Assembly (NCBI GenBank): GCA_038207335.1
Contig: JBBQZX010000008.1
Location: 32,001 to 96,000, forward strand
Direction of reading: 5' to 3'
DNA from: Chthoniobacterales bacterium
Lineage (GTDB): Bacteria > Verrucomicrobiota > Verrucomicrobiia > Chthoniobacterales > Chthoniobacteraceae
DNA: 64,000 nucleotides
Shown one piece after another: positions 9,971 through 19,574 of this stretch (the stretch's first letter is position 1; every line of letters starts with the position of its first letter). The position numbers and the translations under genes are program-made. Below the pieces are notes generated by a model. That model did no database searches. It saw only the letters and a program-made list of their open reading frames with translations, and had not been told where the DNA came from.

Positions 9971-10075
9971 CTACGACTTGTAGCGCAAACGCTTCTTGTG
10001 GCGGTTTTCCTTCATCCGCTTGCGGCGTTTGTGTTTGGCGATTTTCGCCTTTCGGCGCTTCTTAATTGAACCCAT
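9971..10075 (-). CDS. AURKAIP1/COX24-domain (bS22/mS38-like) small basic ribosomal protein (not in the ORF track)
   Basis: Hand translation: MGSIKKRRKAKIAKHKRRKRMKENRHKKRLRYKS*, matching the MGSxxKKRRxxxxKxKxRK family pattern. Confidence 0.85.
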   Translation of the reverse strand: MGSIKKRRKAKIAKHKRRKRMKENRHKKRLRYKS

Positions 10076-10162
10076 GAATGTCTTGGTTTGGTCGTTTCGG
10101 GGGGGCGAAGTAAGCAGGCTTCCCTCAGCCCGGCAAACGAAATCTCCGCGTCATTTTGCCCA

Positions 10163-11047
10163 TCAGTACACGACCTTGTTCAGCGGGTACTCGATGATCC
10201 CCTCCGCACCGAGAGCCTTCAGCGCTGGGATGATCTCGCGCACGACTCGCTCGTCGATGATCGTCTCCACCGCGACCCAATCCGAATGCGCGAGATGCGC
10301 GACGGTCGGATTCCGCAACGCGGGCAGTGCGGCAAGCAGAGCGTCGAGCTTTTCCGCCGGGAGATTCATCTTCAAGCCGACCTTATCCCGCGCCGCGTGC
10401 GCGCCCTGGAGCAGCAGCACGACGATGTCGATTTTCTGCTTTTTCCACGGGTCCTCGAGCGCCTGCTTGTTTGCGATGAATTGCGGCGACGACTCCATGA
10501 TCGTCTCCAAAATCCGCAGCTTGTTCGCGCGCAGCGACGAGCCAGTTTCTGTCACATCCACGATCGCATCCACGAGATCCGGCACCTTCACCTCCGTCGC
10601 GCCCCACGAGAATTCCACACTCGCCGTCACGCCATGCTGCGCGAGGTATCGGCGCGTCATTTCCACCGCCTCGGTCGCGACCACTTTGCCCTGCAAGTCT
10701 TTCACAGACTTGATCGGCGAGTCCTCAGGCACCGCGATCACCCACCGCGTCGGCTTGTTGCTAGCTTTTGAAAATGTCATCTCGCACAGCCTCTCGACGT
10801 CGCTTCCGTTGTTCTCGATCCAGTCCTTTCCGGTCAACCCGCAGTCCAAAAAACCGTGCTCCACGTATCGCGAAATCTCCTGCGCGCGCAGCAGCCGGAT
10901 CACCATTTCGGGATCGTCCACGCTCGGTTTGTAGCTCCGGCTCGCGCCGGAAATATTAAAACCGGCTTTGGAAAATAGAGCGAAAGTCGGCTCCTGCAGG
11001 CTGCCCGACGGCAGGCCCACGCGGAGCACTCGGGAAGCGGTGTCCAT
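10163..11047 (-). CDS. hisG: ATP phosphoribosyltransferase (long form)
   Basis: GLPSGSLQ, LRAQEI, DAIVDVTETGSSLRANKL and the C-terminal regulatory domain. Confidence 0.95.
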   Translation of the reverse strand: MDTASRVLRVGLPSGSLQEPTFALFSKAGFNISGASRSYKPSVDDPEMVIRLLRAQEISRYVEHGFLDCGLTGKDWIENNGSDVERLCEMTFSKASNKPTRWVIAVPEDSPIKSVKDLQGKVVATEAVEMTRRYLAQHGVTASVEFSWGATEVKVPDLVDAIVDVTETGSSLRANKLRILETIMESSPQFIANKQALEDPWKKQKIDIVVLLLQGAHAARDKVGLKMNLPAEKLDALLAALPALRNPTVAHLAHSDWVAVETIIDERVVREIIPALKALGAEGIIEYPLNKVVY

Positions 11048-11162
11048 GATTAAAAAAGGACGGCGTTTCTAGGCCTCGCCCGCCCTCGCGGCGAGGAAAA
11101 ACCTGAGCTCGCTGGGCGCGTCTCTCCTGGCGTCGATCTCCGCTGTCGGTGCCGACTCGCTC

Positions 11163-12074
11163 TCAATGCGTCATCGCGTAGAAGATGATGTTGATGCCGA
11201 GGGGGAAGGCGCGCTTCTCGGAGAACTCGTGGAAGAAGAAGTCGTTCTCGCCTTCGCGCTCCCAGCCGTCGCCGTTGTCGGTGTTGTGTGTGGCGAGGAT
11301 CATGATGCGCCCCTTGTCGTCGCTCAGCGCGCGGACGTGCATGTCGATGCAGTCCTCCACCGAGCCGTCGCGCCGCGGATGCTGCTCGTAAGTGATTCCG
11401 GTGAATTGACTGTATTCACCGGTGCGCGAGTTCGGCACTTGCAGCTTATTTTTCTCCACATCCAGGTCGAAGACGCTGTGGAAAATCGGGTGCGACATTG
11501 GCAGCTCGGCGAAATCGCGCTCAGGAAAGACGCGCTTCATCTGCGCCGCGAATGTCTCCCACTGCCACTCACCCCAGAAGTCGTCGGCCATGAGAAAACC
11601 GCCGTTCAGCAGATACTTGCGCAGGATCGGCACCTCCTCATCGCGGAGTAAAAGCGCGCCTGGCTCGGACATGTAGATGAACGGGTAGCGGAACAAATCC
11701 TTGTCCGTGAGGCGCAGGATGCGGCCGTTCGGATCGACCTTGATCGAGGTCATTTGCTGCACGCGAAAGGAGAGATTCAGGTCGCTGTCCGGGAAGTCGG
11801 TGATCCACAGCGCGGAGGTCGGCGAGGCGCTGAAATCGCGGTCGCGGATGATGCGGCAGAACGTGAAAACGTCGTGCGCGAACTCGGGCGGATTTTTCCA
11901 CTCGGGTGTCTCGGTGCTGTGCGAGGCGACCTCTCGCGCGGTCTTCACGGTGCGGACATCCACTGCGTCGCCGCCCTCGGTGTAGAAGATGGGGCCGTCG
12001 CTGAAGCGGCGATTCCTCCACTGCGCGTGAGCCATGATCGCGCACAGCAGAAAGATAACGAGCAGACGCTTCAC
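11163..12074 (-). CDS. DUF4159 domain protein (exported)
   Basis: WITDFPDSDLN, YPFIYMSEPG, YLLNGGFLMADDFWG, HPIFH, GINIIFYAMTH. Confidence 0.85.
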   Translation of the reverse strand: MKRLLVIFLLCAIMAHAQWRNRRFSDGPIFYTEGGDAVDVRTVKTAREVASHSTETPEWKNPPEFAHDVFTFCRIIRDRDFSASPTSALWITDFPDSDLNLSFRVQQMTSIKVDPNGRILRLTDKDLFRYPFIYMSEPGALLLRDEEVPILRKYLLNGGFLMADDFWGEWQWETFAAQMKRVFPERDFAELPMSHPIFHSVFDLDVEKNKLQVPNSRTGEYSQFTGITYEQHPRRDGSVEDCIDMHVRALSDDKGRIMILATHNTDNGDGWEREGENDFFFHEFSEKRAFPLGINIIFYAMTH

Positions 12075-14644
12075 CTTGCGGCCTCCGTTGGCATTTCTTT
12101 CATCGTCATCAGGAGCTTCAACGCTTCACGAAAACGCGGGGCTTCCTCAAGCGCGAGCAGCACCTCGTGCTTTGCGCGGGCGGGCTCGCTGGCGGCGAGC
12201 AGGCGCGCGAGGCGGTAGTGGATTTCAGGCGCGTCCGGCGGGGCGAGCACGATCAGTTTTTCATACGATGCCACCGCTGCGGGTTGTTGGCCGGTCGCTT
12301 CGAACGCCTCGCCTCGCAGCCGATACGACGCTGGCGCGAAAGGATTCACCGCGATCATTCGCTCCGCGTTCAGAAGCACGGCGGGCCACTCTTTACGCGC
12401 AGCGGCGAGTTCCATGAGCCGCTCGAACGCGTCCGTCGCATCCGCGCTCGAATCCGCGAGCCGGGTCAACGCTGAGCGCTCCGCGTCCGTCTCGCCGAGC
12501 GCGCGATGTACGCGTGCGAGCAGCGCGTAGGCGTTGTGCGGCCCGGGCTGTTTCACGTCAGTGGTGGCAAGCTTTTCGAGCGGCGATTTTGCGGCATCCC
12601 AAGTCCCCGCTGCAGCGAACTTTTTCGCCTGCTCGGTGAGCGCGTAGAAGTTGTTCGGATGCGCGTCGATAAATGCTTCCGTCGCGGTGTCGCTGGCGAG
12701 CTGAGCAGGCTCCGGCTTCGTCCAGTCGAGCGTCGCGCCGCTCTGCTGTGCACGTTCACGGGCGTATTTTTCAAAGTCGGAATCGAGCTGTTTCAACGGA
12801 GCCGCACGGGCCGCGATCGCTGCATTGATCGGCACTCCGCGCCCGAGGTCGGCGAGGATGAGTTTCAGTTTCTCGAGCCCGAAATGCTCGATCAGATACT
12901 CGACGACGAGCGACGACTCGAAATACGCGAACATCAGATGCGCGGGCGTCTTCGGCTTCAAAAATGCGCCGCTCAGTTCGCTCACGGGCGTGAGGTCGTC
13001 ACCGAGCAACATCGCGCGATATTGCGGCGTCATCCTCTCGCCCCATGTGCCGGTGACGTTGCCGCCGGTGCCGCGCGCCTGCCGTTCTTCAAAGACCGAA
13101 ATGCCCTCGCTGAGCCATCGCGGCATCTTGTTTTTGGTGAGCTGCAGCGTGACTACGTGACAGTACTCGTGCCACAACACCGCCTCCCAATTCACCGCCG
13201 AACCCGGATGCGCAGCGGGGCCGTTCGCCGTGATGACACGGCCAAAACAAACGCCGAGATAGCCGACGCCGCCCGGCATCCCGAACGTCTGGATCGCGAA
13301 ATCTTTTTGGTCCGCGAAAATCTGCACGAGCGTCCGCTGCTTCGGCTTCAGTCCGTATTTCTCGCCGATCGTCGAATACGCGCGCTCCAGCAAAGCGAGC
13401 GCTTGCTCGCCGTAGATGCCGGCCTCGCGCGGCTCCATGCGGAGCAAAAAGTGCGCGCTCGTGAGAGTCTGAAACTGCGCGGTGCTGTCGTGGAGCGCGG
13501 TGAGATTGAAGGCGAGGACGTCGTACGGATCGGCCTTTTGTACATCGTCCGCGAGCTGCCAGCCCGCGTCGTTTTCGCCGAGGCGGAGGAGGTCCTGCGC
13601 GAGTTCGATCTTCGCGGGAACATAGATAGGATCGGCCTGCAACGCCGATCGCTGGCGTTCCGCGGCCTCGGAAAAGCGATACTTTTGCGCGAGCTTTTTT
13701 CCGATCAGGTAATCGACCTCGGGATTCGTCGGCCAAAATTTTAGCGCCTCCGCGCGCTCAGCGACCGCGGCTTTGTCATCGCTCCGAAGCTCGGCCAGCA
13801 CCGTGAGGAGAGCGTGCGCCGCGGGCAGCGCGGGGTCGGTTTGGAGCGCCTCGCGGAGCGTCACGGTCGCGTCGTCGTATCGCTCGGCGTCGATGTGCTG
13901 CTCGGCTATCAGCAGCCGCGCACCGGTGTGATGCGGGTTGCCCGCGAGCGTCTTTTTGACCGCCGCAAGCATCGCCGCCGAGTCGCTTGGCGCGAATGCT
14001 CGGGCGAGTCCGAACTGCACATCGGGATCCTCGGGAAAGCGTTTCTCCGCATCGGCAAACAACTTCGCCGCGAGCGCGAAATCGCTTTTGTTCAACGCCA
14101 GTTCGCCACTCGCGAGCCACACCTCGCGGAACTCGGGATGCGCCTTTTTGATCGGGTCGAAAAAGAGTTCGAGCACACGCTTCGGGTCCGCGCCTACGAG
14201 CAGCGCGGCTTGTCCGAGCGCCACGCGATTTGCGGGATCGCGGAAGGCCCACTCGCGATTGCTGCCGAGCCGGTCCATCTGTGCGAGCAGCGTTTTCGCG
14301 CCTTCCGCGTCGCCATTTCGCCGCAGCACCGAGTGGCCGAGCAGCGCAAGCCGCAGACTCGACGGCATCCCCGCGAGCGCCTTTTTCACCACCTCCGCCG
14401 CCTCGGGATACCGCCCCATTTTCATCAGCGCCTCCACCTGCAGGATCCGCCATTCTTCAACTGCCGGTTCCGCCGCGGTTCCCGCTTCCGCCTCGCTGAG
14501 CACATTCGAATAATCGCCGCGAATCATTTGCGGGCGGGATTCCTCGGGCGTCTCGGCGCGCAACGCCACTGTCGCGAGCGCGAAAACAATCACGCCGAGG
14601 CACTTCGCCCGGTCGATGAAATCGGCAACGCTAATCCCGTTCAT
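12071..14644 (-). CDS. TPR protein with a peptidase MA (gluzincin) domain
   Basis: TPRs flank HEYCH...PRWLSEG (HExxH plus downstream Glu). Confidence 0.82.
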   Translation of the reverse strand: MNGISVADFIDRAKCLGVIVFALATVALRAETPEESRPQMIRGDYSNVLSEAEAGTAAEPAVEEWRILQVEALMKMGRYPEAAEVVKKALAGMPSSLRLALLGHSVLRRNGDAEGAKTLLAQMDRLGSNREWAFRDPANRVALGQAALLVGADPKRVLELFFDPIKKAHPEFREVWLASGELALNKSDFALAAKLFADAEKRFPEDPDVQFGLARAFAPSDSAAMLAAVKKTLAGNPHHTGARLLIAEQHIDAERYDDATVTLREALQTDPALPAAHALLTVLAELRSDDKAAVAERAEALKFWPTNPEVDYLIGKKLAQKYRFSEAAERQRSALQADPIYVPAKIELAQDLLRLGENDAGWQLADDVQKADPYDVLAFNLTALHDSTAQFQTLTSAHFLLRMEPREAGIYGEQALALLERAYSTIGEKYGLKPKQRTLVQIFADQKDFAIQTFGMPGGVGYLGVCFGRVITANGPAAHPGSAVNWEAVLWHEYCHVVTLQLTKNKMPRWLSEGISVFEERQARGTGGNVTGTWGERMTPQYRAMLLGDDLTPVSELSGAFLKPKTPAHLMFAYFESSLVVEYLIEHFGLEKLKLILADLGRGVPINAAIAARAAPLKQLDSDFEKYARERAQQSGATLDWTKPEPAQLASDTATEAFIDAHPNNFYALTEQAKKFAAAGTWDAAKSPLEKLATTDVKQPGPHNAYALLARVHRALGETDAERSALTRLADSSADATDAFERLMELAAARKEWPAVLLNAERMIAVNPFAPASYRLRGEAFEATGQQPAAVASYEKLIVLAPPDAPEIHYRLARLLAASEPARAKHEVLLALEEAPRFREALKLLMTMKEMPTEAAR

Positions 14645-16227
14645 TTCACCGGCAGCGAGTCGAAGTATTTCTGAATCGCCGCGCGGTATCCGGGCGGCAC
14701 CTGCTCGGCGGCGATCGCCTCACTCACGCCCTGCTTCACCTGCCGCAGCGAGTCGCGGTAATCCTCCGCGCGTGCGCCGGTCTCGCCGACTTCGCTCGAT
14801 TTCCACTGCATGAGCAGCTTGCCGTTCGCGAGAGCGCTGCTGCTCTTCTCGGCCATGAAATCGGTCTTCGTCCGGTCGTCTTCGGGCCGCCGCGCACCGT
14901 TGCCGATGCCTTCTCCCATTCCAGACTTTCCGCTAACGCTGGCGCTTTTGCCCTCCGCCATTTTCTTTGCGAAAAGCGCGGCGTAGTCGTCCATGCCTTT
15001 GCAGTTTTTGCACTCGCCGCCGTCCAGCTTCTCCTGCGCGGCGAGCTGCTTGGCCATTTGGAGATTCTTGAGCGCGTCCTCGAGCGATTGGCCGTCCTGC
15101 ATTTTCTTCGCGAGCTGCTCCAGTTCCGCCTCGCTGAGTTTCAGGGAATCCGCCGCCGCATCCGTTGCCTCGCGCGAGAGCTGCCCGAGCTTTGCCTGGT
15201 CGAGTTGCTGCAGCGCGCGGGCCAGCGCCTCGTTCGCTTTCGCGGAGCCGCCCGCCTCTTTCACCGCATCGGCCACGGCGTTGAGCTTTTGCATGAGCTG
15301 CTGTTGCAGCGCGCGCTTCTCGGCGGAGTCGGGCATTGCGGCGAGTTGCTTCATCTGCTCGCGCATCTCGCCGAGCGTTTTTTTGATGTCGGAAAGATCC
15401 CCCTTTTTCAGCGCCTCGCGCCACTCCTGAATCTTCTTCGCATCGGCCTGCCCAAAGGATTGCGCGGCTTTCTCAAACGCGTCGCGCGGGAGTTCGTTGC
15501 TGACTTTGCGCCACATCTCGCCCAGCTCTTTCTGCTGCTCGGCGAGCCGCGCGAGATTCACTTCGCGCTCTTTCGGCTTGGCTTGCTGGAATGTTTTTTC
15601 GAGCGCTTCGAGCGCGTGCTTGATCTCCTCCGATTGCGTCCCCGCGCCCTGCGCGAGCTGCTCAGCGCGCGTGGTGGTCGCCAGTTTCAACTCCTGCAAA
15701 CGCTTCTCTTGCTGCGGGACTTTCTGCCGCTGCGCGGCTCTGCCGAGCGGGTCGAGCTGCGGGAGAAACTCGAACGCGCAGACGCCCGCAATGAGCGCCG
15801 CGGCGACGAGCGCAGCACCGCGCTGCCAATCAAATGGAACGACTCGGTTCGGCTCGATCTCCACGGCGCGCGCCTCGGCTTGCGAATGGACGATCGACTG
15901 GAATCCGTCTTCGCCACTGCCTGCAAGGAGGGCGGCGAGGAACAGCTCGCGCGTCTCCATCCGCGAGTCGATTAGGCGCGCAGCTTCGACCGCCGCGACG
16001 CGTCGCGACCATGCAAAAGCGTAGAGCAACGCCGCGCAGCTCAGCACCCCGGCGGTGATCGCGAGCGGCGGCTCCCGCAGCAGTGCGACGACGCGCGTTA
16101 CAAGCAGGAGGAGCAAAAAAATCGCGCTGGCGGCGATGAGCCCATCGCGCAAACGACGCGCAAATTTACCGAGAAAAATGCGGCGGGCGACACGGTCGAT
16201 CAGCCGCTGGGTGCGCTCGGTGGGCAT
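14641..16227 (-). CDS. Membrane-anchored coiled-coil protein (DUF4175-like)
   Basis: Three N-terminal TM segments, long Q/E/K/A coiled coil, C-terminal VPPGYRAAIQKYFDSL. Confidence 0.7.
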   Translation of the reverse strand: MPTERTQRLIDRVARRIFLGKFARRLRDGLIAASAIFLLLLLVTRVVALLREPPLAITAGVLSCAALLYAFAWSRRVAAVEAARLIDSRMETRELFLAALLAGSGEDGFQSIVHSQAEARAVEIEPNRVVPFDWQRGAALVAAALIAGVCAFEFLPQLDPLGRAAQRQKVPQQEKRLQELKLATTTRAEQLAQGAGTQSEEIKHALEALEKTFQQAKPKEREVNLARLAEQQKELGEMWRKVSNELPRDAFEKAAQSFGQADAKKIQEWREALKKGDLSDIKKTLGEMREQMKQLAAMPDSAEKRALQQQLMQKLNAVADAVKEAGGSAKANEALARALQQLDQAKLGQLSREATDAAADSLKLSEAELEQLAKKMQDGQSLEDALKNLQMAKQLAAQEKLDGGECKNCKGMDDYAALFAKKMAEGKSASVSGKSGMGEGIGNGARRPEDDRTKTDFMAEKSSSALANGKLLMQWKSSEVGETGARAEDYRDSLRQVKQGVSEAIAAEQVPPGYRAAIQKYFDSLPVK

Positions 16228-16233
16228 CGGAGA

Positions 16234-16262
16234 GATTTACGCGCGAGCGCCTCCGTCCGCAA
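16234..16262 (-). promoter_or_regulatory. Putative sigma70-type promoter TTGCGG-17-TAAATC, 6 nt before the ATG
   Basis: Exact 17-nt spacer; the same architecture recurs at many other genes. Confidence 0.55.
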
Positions 16263-16328
16263 CGATGGATCGGGGATGCCGCTTGTTGTTGCGCGTAGGT
16301 CGCCGTGATCCGCTATTTTCGCCCGCTC

Positions 16329-16664
16329 CTATGCGGACTTGCCGGCGCGCTGGGCTTTTCGGCGGGGCTTGTCGATTGCGGCGGTCTTCTTTTTGCGAAG
16401 CTGGCGTGCGAGCTTGGCACCGACTAGGTCGAGTGCAGCGTGAATGGTTTCAGCCGTGGCGGTGGCGAAGGCGTCGCGACCCTGCAGTGCGAGATGGATT
16501 TTCGCGCTGTTGCGGTCGGCCGGCTTGGCCGCGTCATCGTGTTCGAGCACGACGTGGGCGGCGAAGATTTCCGCAAGGTCTTCGACCTGCCCGATGACAC
16601 TGGCCACATGGGCGTGAATGGCCGCGCTCAGGCGAATATGGCGGGGACTCAGATGAATTTGCAT
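16329..16664 (-). CDS. hpf: Ribosome hibernation factor HPF/RaiA
   Basis: MQIHLSPRHIRLSAAI...TIHAALDLVGAKLARQLRKKK fits the S30AE pattern. Confidence 0.85.
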   Translation of the reverse strand: MQIHLSPRHIRLSAAIHAHVASVIGQVEDLAEIFAAHVVLEHDDAAKPADRNSAKIHLALQGRDAFATATAETIHAALDLVGAKLARQLRKKKTAAIDKPRRKAQRAGKSA

Positions 16665-16739
16665 GATGCAGTGATGCCCGATTGTGGCCGGGTTCGCACG
16701 GCTTTCCTCGATTTTGCCGCAGCGGCTCAGACGCCTACG

Positions 16740-16781
16740 AAAAAGAGCGGGCGCGCCACCCGACTGGATGAGCGCGCCCGC
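16740..16781 (-). terminator. Intrinsic terminator
   Basis: Perfect 10-bp stem GCGGGCGCGC/GCGCGCCCGC followed by TCTTTTT on the minus strand. Confidence 0.75.
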
Positions 16782-16877
16782 CTGTTCCCCCCAGAACATT
16801 GATTAAGACCGTGCGAGTGCCGGTTCGTTAGAAATCCGAATGTGACAATTGCGTTACGCCTCCCAGTTCTTGGAGGC

Positions 16878-17771
16878 TCATTTTTGACCCGAAAGCACGC
16901 CGAGTTCGCGCATCCAATCGGTGGCACGTTGCGGCCAAGTGTTCACGTTTTTCCCGGATGGCCGCAGCCCGTAGCCATGTCCGCCGCTCGGATAAAGATG
17001 AAGCTCCGCGGGCACTCCCGCACGCTTCAGGGCGAGGTAATAGTAGAGCGTGCTCTCGACGAACGTCTTGTCGTCTTCGGTCTGCACAAGAAATGTCGGC
17101 GGGGTCTGCGCATTGACTTTCAACTCGGGCGACGGTGCCTCCGGTTGCTCCTTGCGCGTGAGATATGCGGGGTAAATGAGCACGCAAAAGTCGGGGCGCG
17201 CGCTTTCTTTGTCGGCGGCGTCAATCTCTGGGTAAGTGCGCGTTTCGTAGTTCGTGCTGAGCGCTGCGGAGAGATGACCACCGGCGGAGAATCCGAGCAC
17301 GCCGACACGCGCGGGGTCGATATTCCACTCTTTTGCACGGCTGCGGACGAGCCCGATCGCGCGCTGCGCATCCATCAGCGCCGGGGCGTGACGTTCGCCT
17401 TCTTTCGGCGCAGGGACGCGGTATTTCAGAAGGACTCCGGATACGCCGATGGAATTCAGCCACTCGCAAATCTCGATGCCTTCCAGATCCCACGCGAGGA
17501 TGTTGTAACCGCCGCCGGGACAAACGATGACCGCCGCACCGTTGGCCTTTTCCCGCGATGCGGGAAAAAGCGTGATGCTCGGCTTCGACACATCGCCGAG
17601 CCGGACGACGGATTTTCCACCGGTCGCGGTCGCGTCTGGTTTTGTGATGTCGCGCTCCTCCCCAGTTGCCGCAGTCACGCCCGGCGCGCCATTCGGCCAC
17701 AGGAAGATCGGCTCGGCGGCGGCAAGGAACGGGATGAAAGCAAAGGTGAGGAGAGCGGGGATAAGTTTCAT
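16878..17771 (-). CDS. Secreted alpha/beta hydrolase (acetylxylan-esterase-like)
   Basis: Signal peptide, CPGGGY, GFSAGGHL nucleophile elbow, GGHGYG. Confidence 0.88.
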   Translation of the reverse strand: MKLIPALLTFAFIPFLAAAEPIFLWPNGAPGVTAATGEERDITKPDATATGGKSVVRLGDVSKPSITLFPASREKANGAAVIVCPGGGYNILAWDLEGIEICEWLNSIGVSGVLLKYRVPAPKEGERHAPALMDAQRAIGLVRSRAKEWNIDPARVGVLGFSAGGHLSAALSTNYETRTYPEIDAADKESARPDFCVLIYPAYLTRKEQPEAPSPELKVNAQTPPTFLVQTEDDKTFVESTLYYYLALKRAGVPAELHLYPSGGHGYGLRPSGKNVNTWPQRATDWMRELGVLSGQK

Positions 17772-17858
17772 GGGCGACTTTAAGCAGGAAAATACGAAAA
17801 CAGGAAATGGGACCAAGTGGGTTCTTCGCCTTTCATTGCTTACGCACTTTTCCCACGT

Positions 17859-19571
17859 TCAGCGGGACGCCGGTGCTTTTGAAAGGTCGTAGATTTCGCC
17901 CCACTCCCCATGCGAGATGCGAGTCGAGTCAGACTGCCAGGGCTGTACAGATTCAGGAAAATCACGGCGTTCCGCCGGGCCCCAGAAGACGTAGCGGACG
18001 CCGAGCCGGGCAGCGATTTCGCGCCACGCAGCGGTGCCGTTCATCAGCGCTGTGACCTCGTCTTTTCGCTCGGCCCAATCTGCGTATCCGTGGCTCCAGA
18101 CGTGGCCTTCGTAGCCCATCGCCATCATCCGGCCATTCAGCAGGACCGGATGATCGAACGTCGGACTGCCGGCAAATCGCGCATCGAGTGGTAACCCGCA
18201 AACGGCTCGCGCGACGCCGTCGAACTCCGAGCGAAGCGCGATGTCGTAACCGTGATGCGTGAGACCGATGCCGCCGAGCAGCGAGACGAAGCCGGAGAAG
18301 AAAATCGCCACGCAAGCGGCGATGCGCGAGGGCACGGGCCAGCGGCCGATGAGATCGCTCCAGAGAGTCGGCAGGATTGCGATATACGACCAGATCATGA
18401 TCTTCGTGTTGTCCCATTCCCACGGCGCGAATTTCACGAAACAGCAGAGGAGAAAAATTAGCAGCGACGGAATGAAGATCGCGGCAGGCCAGCGGATTTC
18501 CTCCTCGCGGATGAGCCCGACGCCGAGCACGCCAACAAGCACGGGCAGGACGCCGAAATTCGTGACCCAAAAGACGAAAAAGTTCGCGTCTTCCTGCATC
18601 CAGCCCGGTTTCCAGCCGAGGGCGGAGGCGCCGCCGAACATGCCGGTGACGAGCATCACGAGCACGGTCGCAGGGACGAACGCCGCGCCGATCAAGGCTG
18701 CGAGCGGCTTGCGGGCCGACGGCAGGATAATGAACCACGAGCCGAGCAAAAAAGAGAGGAACAAAAACGTGTGCAAATGAAAGAGCGGCATTGAGGCGTA
18801 AAGCAGCACCTCACCCCACACGGGCATTCGCCACGCATGGGTGTCATTTTCAAAAAAACGCGTGCGCCAACTGCACAAGAGCGCCAGTCCCGCAGGCAGC
18901 GCAAAAAGCAGTCCGCGCTGCGTGACGAACAACGCGAGCGGGATGCTCTTCCACGCAGCATCCGCTTGGAAATCGACGAGCTGCCACTTCCACAAAAACG
19001 CGAAGCCAAGCAGCCCGCCATTGCACAAAAATCCGGCTACCACAAACGCGCGACCCCAGCGCCAGAGCGCCACGCCAGTCAGGGTGCAGCCAGCAAGTCC
19101 GACCCACACGAGACCGCGGATGATGTCCACGCCAGCGAGCAAAAGCAGACTGTTGAAGAGATCGATCCCGACGGGATACGTGAGCTTTGCGCCGGCATAG
19201 ATCGGATTCTCCGGCCAGAATTGAACGCCGCTCGCAAGCTGCCGGATGTAGGTGATGTGCAGCGACATATCGCCGAGATTATTTGGCGAAAGGACGCGGA
19301 TGGAGTCCCCGGTTTGGAAGATCAGCCACAAGAATGCGCGGAGCGAAAAGAGCGAGAACAGGATGATTGCGGACCAGCCCCAAGGACCCGGATCGCGCCA
19401 GCGCATCCGCTCGCGGCGCGTCTGCCAGAGCGCAAAAGCAGCCACCGCAGCGCCGATGCCGAGCGCAAACAACGCGCTCCATTTTTGCAATCCCCCGCCG
19501 ATAAAACCGAGCGCCACACCGGCGAGCGCGGAGCAGCAGACGGCGTATAAAATCGCGGTGACGAAATTCAT
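17859..19571 (-). CDS. Polytopic GT-C-like membrane protein, resembling the DUF2298/'YYY' family
   Basis: About 12 TM helices; loop GDMSLH...PENPIYAGAKLTYP; C-terminal GYEGHVWSHG...YVFWGPAER. Confidence 0.6.
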   Translation of the reverse strand: MNFVTAILYAVCCSALAGVALGFIGGGLQKWSALFALGIGAAVAAFALWQTRRERMRWRDPGPWGWSAIILFSLFSLRAFLWLIFQTGDSIRVLSPNNLGDMSLHITYIRQLASGVQFWPENPIYAGAKLTYPVGIDLFNSLLLLAGVDIIRGLVWVGLAGCTLTGVALWRWGRAFVVAGFLCNGGLLGFAFLWKWQLVDFQADAAWKSIPLALFVTQRGLLFALPAGLALLCSWRTRFFENDTHAWRMPVWGEVLLYASMPLFHLHTFLFLSFLLGSWFIILPSARKPLAALIGAAFVPATVLVMLVTGMFGGASALGWKPGWMQEDANFFVFWVTNFGVLPVLVGVLGVGLIREEEIRWPAAIFIPSLLIFLLCCFVKFAPWEWDNTKIMIWSYIAILPTLWSDLIGRWPVPSRIAACVAIFFSGFVSLLGGIGLTHHGYDIALRSEFDGVARAVCGLPLDARFAGSPTFDHPVLLNGRMMAMGYEGHVWSHGYADWAERKDEVTALMNGTAAWREIAARLGVRYVFWGPAERRDFPESVQPWQSDSTRISHGEWGEIYDLSKAPASR

Positions 19572-19574
19572 GCC

